From: Gemmatimonadota bacterium
GTDB lineage: Bacteria; Gemmatimonadota; Gemmatimonadetes; Longimicrobiales; Gaopeijiaceae
Direction of reading: 5' to 3'
Assembly (NCBI GenBank): GCA_039589315.1
Contig: JBDHHQ010000071.1
Coordinates: 1 to 51,055, forward strand
Length of the DNA stretch: 51,055 bases
The notes under the pieces are model-generated. The model saw only the letters and a list, made by a program, of their open reading frames with translations. It was not told where the DNA came from and searched no databases. A program made the position numbers and the translations under genes. Each line of letters begins with the position of its first letter. Position 1 is the first letter of the stretch. Positions 45,459 to 51,055 of the stretch are shown in pieces.

Positions 45459-47819
45459 TCACCCGCCGAGTCGTTCCAGGGCGGCCCGCGCCTCCGCTAG
45501 CTGCGGCAGGTCCGCATCGGCGTTCGCCCACATGCGCAGGAAGCGTGTGTACTCCTGTCTGGCCAGGTCGGTCTGCCCGAGATCCTCGTAGATGCCGCCC
45601 AACCGGTATGCGCCGTAGGCTTTGAACCGATTGAGCCACATGGAGCGAAAGTACGGCACGGCAAGCTCGGGCTGCCCGGCCTCGACATAGGCCTCTCCGA
45701 TCCAGAGTCGAACCCAGTGGTCGGGGCCGAACTTTTGCCCCTGGCCGGATCGCATCGCCTGAATCCCTTCGTCCACCCGGCCCTGCTGCGCGGCGGCGTA
45801 GCCTTCCAGCGCCGTTGCGTACGCCTCGCGACGGTCGGCCGTGCCGTCGTCTCCATCGGCCCGGATTTCGTCGACCATGGCGCGGCCGCGGGCCACGACC
45901 CTGTCGAAGGTCGCCCAGTCGTCTCCTTCGGCGGCAGCGGCGGCGACCGCGATCTCGCAGGCCCCTCCGGTGTTGCTCCCCTCACAGCTATTCGGGTCGA
46001 GCCAGGCGCGCTGTTCCCCGGTCAGGGGGCGGAGAATCCGGGCAAAGACCCACGCCTCGATCGCGCGTTGGTCCGGCGGCACGCCCTCCGCGGCGAGACG
46101 TTTTACAGCTTCGCCCGCCCTCCCCTCCGCCATGAGGAATGACGCCAGCGCTGCGTCGATGACTCCGGCGGGTGGAGCGCCACTCATGCCGCTTGCACGG
46201 GCAGCGAACCGCGCCATCAGCTCCGTCTGGGCAACGACGTCGTCGCTGGTCCAGTCCAGTTGGCTGAGCAGGGCACCAATCACCGGGGGCGGGACCGAGT
46301 CGGCCAAGGCCAGCGCGGCGGCGCGCTGCTCAGCGCTTCCCAGATAGAGCTCCGTCCCCATCCGCAGGTAAGGAAGCGCGCCCGGTCCAGCGAGCCGCTC
46401 ATACTCCTCGAGGTGAGCGAACCCCCCCGCGGTGTCGTCCTCGGCGATTGCGTATTCGATCAGGTGTACGCGGTACGGCGCGAAGGTGGGATCCAGCTCG
46501 ACCGCCCGCCGCAGTGCTTCCACACCCTCGGCCCTGTCCTCGAGCACCGCGTTACGGTCGTGCACGAAGACCTCGCCCAGCGTGAGCCAGGCGTCGGGGT
46601 CGTCGGGGTAGCTTTGGGTCAGCTCGCGCGCCAGAGACAAGGCCTCGGCGTCGCCGGCTTCGAACGCCTGGAACGCACGCAGGAGGTCTGCATCCCGCGC
46701 CGGGAGCCGGTCGGCTTGCGCCGCCGCGATTCCGAGCTGCTCGGTATCGATGGCCCAGTAGTCATAACCCCGGGTCCAGCTCGATGCGGTCGCCAAACGC
46801 CACCGGGCCAAGGCGAACAGCGAGTCCTCGGCGACGGCCGATCGGTAGGCTTCCACAGCGGTTGGCAGGTCTGATCGTCGATACGCCGCCTCACCCTCGA
46901 GGTAGGCCTGCAGGGCCGGCAGGGACTCGGTCGTGATGCTCGCCACGCGACTCGGCGAGACGACGGCGCCACCGCTCTCGCTGAGCAGGACGCCTGCCAA
47001 CTCCACCGAGAGCCTGTTGACGAGCGACAGGACGCTGCCCGCCGCGCCTTCGACCCGGGCGCCTCCGAGATCGGCGCCGGACGCCAGATCGTAGATCTCC
47101 GCCGCAAGCCGGACGTCGCTCCCAACCGCGACGGCGCTTCCCACCAGCGCAAACCGCGCCCCGGTGCTTCCGGCCACCTCGAGCGCCTGCTCGAGCTCGG
47201 GGCGCTCGTCGTCACCGAAGTCCCGACGCCACCGGGACAGCACCGTGCGACTCGGGATCGTCCGGATGCCGCCTACGCCGTCCAGGTTGGTCGTGAACAG
47301 GTCGGCCATTCCTTCGCGATACACCTCCAGGTCTGGGCCGTTGACCTCGAACGGTACGACCGCCACGCCCGAGGCGGATTCGTCCGCACCCGCCGCGGCA
47401 GGCAGCAACGACACCGAGCGCCCTGTGAAGACCGCATAGATCCCTGCCAACCCGAACAGGAACCAGAATGCGACGAAGCCCCCGAGGATCGTTCGTCCCC
47501 AGGTCAGATGTGGCAGGCGCCCCGCCTTGAGGCTGGCCATCAGGTCACGGGGTGCGACCTGCCAGTCGGTAGGGACGGCGCCCGCCTCCTCGGCGGCCGT
47601 GGTCTCGGGCCGGGACTGCACCCAGGACGTCGCCAGGACGATCGCCAACCCCACGAGCAAGAGTGCGAGCGTGGCCGGGACCAGCCACTCCGGCATGGGG
47701 AGTGCGTCCGCAAGCGTGTCGACGACCTGGAGCACCACCCAGCCGGCACCCAGGTAGAGGACCAGGGCTTGCACGATACGGGAGCTTTTCAGCCGTTGGA
47801 CCGGCGTTGATTCAGGCAT
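45459..47819 (-). CDS. Membrane-anchored TolB-like/TPR protein
   Basis: LKSSRIVQALVLYLGAGWVVLQV, three TM segments, GVAVVPFEV, TTESLPALQAYLEGE, AVELDPTFAP, FLRMWANAD..ARAALERL. Confidence 0.88.
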   Translation of the reverse strand: MPESTPVQRLKSSRIVQALVLYLGAGWVVLQVVDTLADALPMPEWLVPATLALLLVGLAIVLATSWVQSRPETTAAEEAGAVPTDWQVAPRDLMASLKAGRLPHLTWGRTILGGFVAFWFLFGLAGIYAVFTGRSVSLLPAAAGADESASGVAVVPFEVNGPDLEVYREGMADLFTTNLDGVGGIRTIPSRTVLSRWRRDFGDDERPELEQALEVAGSTGARFALVGSAVAVGSDVRLAAEIYDLASGADLGGARVEGAAGSVLSLVNRLSVELAGVLLSESGGAVVSPSRVASITTESLPALQAYLEGEAAYRRSDLPTAVEAYRSAVAEDSLFALARWRLATASSWTRGYDYWAIDTEQLGIAAAQADRLPARDADLLRAFQAFEAGDAEALSLARELTQSYPDDPDAWLTLGEVFVHDRNAVLEDRAEGVEALRRAVELDPTFAPYRVHLIEYAIAEDDTAGGFAHLEEYERLAGPGALPYLRMGTELYLGSAEQRAAALALADSVPPPVIGALLSQLDWTSDDVVAQTELMARFAARASGMSGAPPAGVIDAALASFLMAEGRAGEAVKRLAAEGVPPDQRAIEAWVFARILRPLTGEQRAWLDPNSCEGSNTGGACEIAVAAAAAEGDDWATFDRVVARGRAMVDEIRADGDDGTADRREAYATALEGYAAAQQGRVDEGIQAMRSGQGQKFGPDHWVRLWIGEAYVEAGQPELAVPYFRSMWLNRFKAYGAYRLGGIYEDLGQTDLARQEYTRFLRMWANADADLPQLAEARAALERLGG

Positions 47820-48074
47820 GACCGCCAATCTACGCGAGCGACGGCCAGATCCGAAGGATTCTAGCGCATGCTGCCGGTGCAGAGTGACGTGCCTGCTCAG
47901 TCCGGAATCAGACGCCGCCTCGCCGTCCACCTCCGGCGCCGCGGGTCAGGTAGGGCGACAGAGGCTGTTCCCTGGCCCGAGCCCCCGCCTGTAGCTCTCC
48001 GTACGCCCTTCAAGGTCGAGGTCCTCTCAGCCAAACCGGACACTCTCTTGAGCGACTCGCGCCTCAGCGCACAC

Positions 48075-48577
48075 GTGACCTCCTTCGTCGCCGAGCTCCA
48101 AAGGCGGCGTGTGGGGCGCGTGGCACCAGGCTACATCGTCGCAGCCTGGGCGACCATCGAGGTGATCGACACCGTGGCCCCCAAGGACGGACTCGCGGAG
48201 GAGGTGATCACCATGCTTGGGCAGGTGCCCGGTCTGCGGGTGGCCGGCCTGCGGTCCGCGTTCGAGTTCAGGGATCGGGACACGCCCTTGCCGGTCGTCG
48301 CAGAGCAGCTCCGGGTTGCGACCGTTCTCGACGGGAGCGTTTGCCGTTCTTCCGGGGCCCTACGGATCACGACTCGACTCGTCTCGGGCGAAGACGGCTT
48401 CCAGCTGTGGGGGCCGTGATCGCACGGGGGGCACGAGTCGGAGTTGCTCGACCGCTTTCCGTAGAGTCGAAGCCCGACGCGCCACGGCGGTTCTTCGCAT
48501 GGCTCGAGACAGCGCGCTCGCGCCGCCCACTGATCGATATTCATGCGATCCTCGGCCAAGGGCCCATGGCGCCGTAG
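48075..48577 (+). pseudogene. Collapsed TolB-like/TPR paralog
   Basis: SFVAELQRRRVGRVAPGYIVAAWATIEVIDTVAP is fused directly to DGLAEEVITMLGQVPGLRVAG.RSAF..VLDGSV..LRITTRLV..DGFQLW, with a stop at 48419. A later frame gives FAWLETARSRR, resembling this family's C-terminus. Confidence 0.8.
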
Positions 48578-48721
48578 GTCCGCGTCCCGAGCCGATTCTT
48601 CCTTCATCGGCGAAGGCCGCCCAGGGCGAGGAAGTCCGGATCGCCTAAGGAATCACGGTCTGGAGGCCGAGAAAGGTTGCAGGGAGCGGGTTCTCGATAC
48701 CTTGGATTGCGAGGCTTCTGC

Positions 48722-50830
48722 ATGTCCATGGGCGAAAGCGGCAGCGCCATCGGGCCTCGAATCGTCGACAATGCGCTCCCGTTCCTGGTGCTGTTGTTGC
48801 TCGCCACCTTGCCCACAGTCGCCTCGGTGGAGATCACCTCGACCTACCCCGAGGTCACGAGGGAGTCCCTGGGACTGCTGGCCGCGCTCGTGGCGTACAT
48901 CTACATCCGCCGTCTCGGGGTCCGCTGGCTCACGGCCGGGTGGACCTTCACCACGCTGGCTCTCCTCGCCGACATGTTGGACCGGTACCAGGGGCCATCC
49001 CAGTTCTATAACGTGGTCGAAGGCGTGGGAGAGACCATCGGCTACCCCTTGCTGGCCATCGGCTTCCTCATGTCCTACCGGGCCGTCGAGGCACAGCTTC
49101 GCAGCTCGCGTGCGACCCAGAGCGCCCTGCTAGAGAGCGAGGAGCAGTTCCGGGACCTCTTCGAGGCGGCGCCCATCGGCTACTGCGAAGCAGCTCTGGA
49201 CGGGACGATCCTGCGTGCCAATCAGGCCGTGGCCGAGATTACGGGCTTCTCGATCCGAGAGCTCACAGCCAAGTCGGTATCCGAGATCGTGGCCACGGAG
49301 GTCTCACCGCGCTTCGACCCGGAAGACTCGAGCTGGAACGCGAACGACACCCGGGAGCGGGAGCTGTCGTTCAGGAACCGGAGCGGTGGAGAACGACTCG
49401 TCGAGTCCCGTGAGATGCTGATTCGCGGACCCGAGGGGATCGTCGTGGGAATCCGGTCGGCGTGGCTCGACGTGACCGACCGTGCCCGCATGGAGGAGGA
49501 GATCTACAAGAGGGCCCATTTCGACCAACTGACTGGTTTACCGAACCGTTCCCTGGCCATGGACCGACTCAGCCTGGCACTGTTGCGCGCCAAGCGCAAC
49601 GAACAGAAGGTCGGGCTCCTGTTCCTCGACCTGGACCGGTTCAAGAACGTGAACGACACCCTCGGTCACGCCGCGGGTGACGGGCTGCTCCGCGAGGTAG
49701 CCGGACGAATCCACGGTGTGATCCGGCCGGACGACACGGTGGCTCGGTTGGGCGGCGACGAGTTCATCGTGATCCTTCCCGACTTCGGGCAGGACGGACA
49801 CCTGGAGTACGTGGCCCGCCGGGTGCTCGACGTGCTCATGCAACCGATCGCATTGGGAGGCCACGAGGTGACCGTGTCCGCGAGCATCGGTATCACGGTG
49901 TTCCCTGATGACGGTGACGACCCGAACGTGCTCTTCCAGAATGCAGATGCGGCCATGTACCAGGCCAAGGACCACGGTAAGAACACCTATCATTTCTACA
50001 CCGAGCAGCTCAACCAGGCGGCCGAGCGACGGTTCCGCCTCGAGATGGACCTACGCAACGCCATCGAAAAGGGGCAGCTGGAGATCCATTACCAACCGGT
50101 CTACGACCTGCAGCGCGAGGAGCTGGTGGGGGCCGAAGCCCTGCTCCGCTGGAACCACGTCGAGCTGGGTCAGCTCCCGCCCGCCGAGTTCATCCCGGTG
50201 GCCGAAGACACGGGGCTCATCGTGCCGGTGAGCGAATGGGTCATCCACCAGGCTTGCCGCCAGATGAAGGAATGGCAGGAGATCCTCGGCAAGCCGCTCA
50301 GGATCGCCGTGAACCTCTCGCCCCGGCACCTGCGGGCCGGCGGCGTCGTGGACACCGTGAAGGCCGTCCTGGGTGAGACCGGCCTGCCACCATGGACGCT
50401 GGAGCTCGAGGTGACCGAGAACCTGCTGCTATCCAGCGACGAATCGGCATACGAGCAGTTGACCGCCCTGCGGGCCCTGAGCGTGCGGATCGCCATGGAC
50501 GATTTCGGGACCGGTCACTCGGCTCTGGCCTACCTTCGGCGTTACAAGTTCGACACGCTCAAGATCGACCGAGAGTTCGTCCAAGGCGCACCCAACAACG
50601 CCGAGGACGCCAGCCTCACGGCGGCCATCGCAGCCATGGCCAAGAGCTTGGGTCTCGAGGTCGTGGGCGAGGGCGTCGAGACCCAGGAGCAAGGCGACCA
50701 TCTACGGTCACTGGGGTGCGGGCGAGTCCAGGGCTTCTTCTTCGGCCACCCGACGGCCGCGGCCGAGTTTCTGCGCAAGGCCGTCGACGAGTTGCCCCCG
50801 GCGCGGGACGCACTGACACCCGTTGCCTGA
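48722..50830 (+). CDS. Membrane-bound PAS-GGDEF-EAL diguanylate cyclase/phosphodiesterase
   Basis: About four TM helices, PAS (FRDLFEAAPIG..DVTDR), DQLTGLPNR, RPDD I-site with RLGGDEF, GAEALLRW, DDFGTG, LKIDREFV, EGVET, QGFFF. Confidence 0.95.
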   Translation: MSMGESGSAIGPRIVDNALPFLVLLLLATLPTVASVEITSTYPEVTRESLGLLAALVAYIYIRRLGVRWLTAGWTFTTLALLADMLDRYQGPSQFYNVVEGVGETIGYPLLAIGFLMSYRAVEAQLRSSRATQSALLESEEQFRDLFEAAPIGYCEAALDGTILRANQAVAEITGFSIRELTAKSVSEIVATEVSPRFDPEDSSWNANDTRERELSFRNRSGGERLVESREMLIRGPEGIVVGIRSAWLDVTDRARMEEEIYKRAHFDQLTGLPNRSLAMDRLSLALLRAKRNEQKVGLLFLDLDRFKNVNDTLGHAAGDGLLREVAGRIHGVIRPDDTVARLGGDEFIVILPDFGQDGHLEYVARRVLDVLMQPIALGGHEVTVSASIGITVFPDDGDDPNVLFQNADAAMYQAKDHGKNTYHFYTEQLNQAAERRFRLEMDLRNAIEKGQLEIHYQPVYDLQREELVGAEALLRWNHVELGQLPPAEFIPVAEDTGLIVPVSEWVIHQACRQMKEWQEILGKPLRIAVNLSPRHLRAGGVVDTVKAVLGETGLPPWTLELEVTENLLLSSDESAYEQLTALRALSVRIAMDDFGTGHSALAYLRRYKFDTLKIDREFVQGAPNNAEDASLTAAIAAMAKSLGLEVVGEGVETQEQGDHLRSLGCGRVQGFFFGHPTAAAEFLRKAVDELPPARDALTPVA

Positions 50831-51055
50831 CGGACTCGAGTGGCCGGGCTGGGAGGAGAGGCTCTTCGCGACTCGACTCTGGCGCAGCCCCCCCACCGCG
50901 CCCTGCGCTTGTCGCTGACCCGACTCCCTCTCTCTATCCCGATCTCGGACAGTGATGTCGATCCAGCATCGGGGACCCGGACAGTCCCGAGCCGGACTTC
51001 GCCACCCTGACCGACGGGTACGTCGAGCCCGGTCATCGCTAGGTACGAGTCACGG

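Noticed and set aside
50831..51055. Short coding-like stretch (SIGDPDSPEPDFATLTDGYVEPGHR*) at the window end
   Set aside because: Too short, no start signal, and context is cut off by the window edge.

Overview
A GC-rich bacterial chromosomal window with about 30 protein-coding genes. I found no rRNA, tRNA, cas gene, integrase or intact transposase. The gene mix points to Gemmatimonadota (Longimicrobiales-like); this is an inference from the SusC/SusD pair, the PadR plus duplicated orphan permease (ADOP) cassette, several 3-TM TolB-like/TPR proteins, a SARP-AAA-TPR regulator and a VPS10/BNR hydrolase. Functions are mixed: uptake and carbohydrate genes (susC/susD, nagB, galM, a six-hairpin glycosidase), stress and redox genes (two OsmC-like proteins, a flavoprotein monooxygenase, HdeD, a DnaJ-domain protein, beta-carbonic anhydrase), asparaginase, VapC and a PAS-GGDEF-EAL protein. 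I cannot show a complete new multi-gene system. The signals most worth following up are: (1) a 72-bp MITE-like element with TG...CA ends, 14/16 inverted repeats and a 9-bp target duplication at 2281-2352; (2) a Xer/dif-type 11-6-11 site at 2706-2733; (3) repeated gene erosion, mostly by internal deletion, affecting the monooxygenase, an M4 protease, TolB/TPR paralogs, a probably lost VapB, a collapsed regulator and an apparent ATG>ACG start in the SARP gene; (4) four paralogous membrane TolB-like/TPR proteins with no output domain, two of them directly behind susCD; (5) a G10 tract inside susC; and (6) a clear promoter plus palindromic operator upstream of padR. A large minus-strand gene at 1-2148 is missing from the ORF track because it runs off the window edge. 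All family calls come from recognising motifs by eye; no database search was run.
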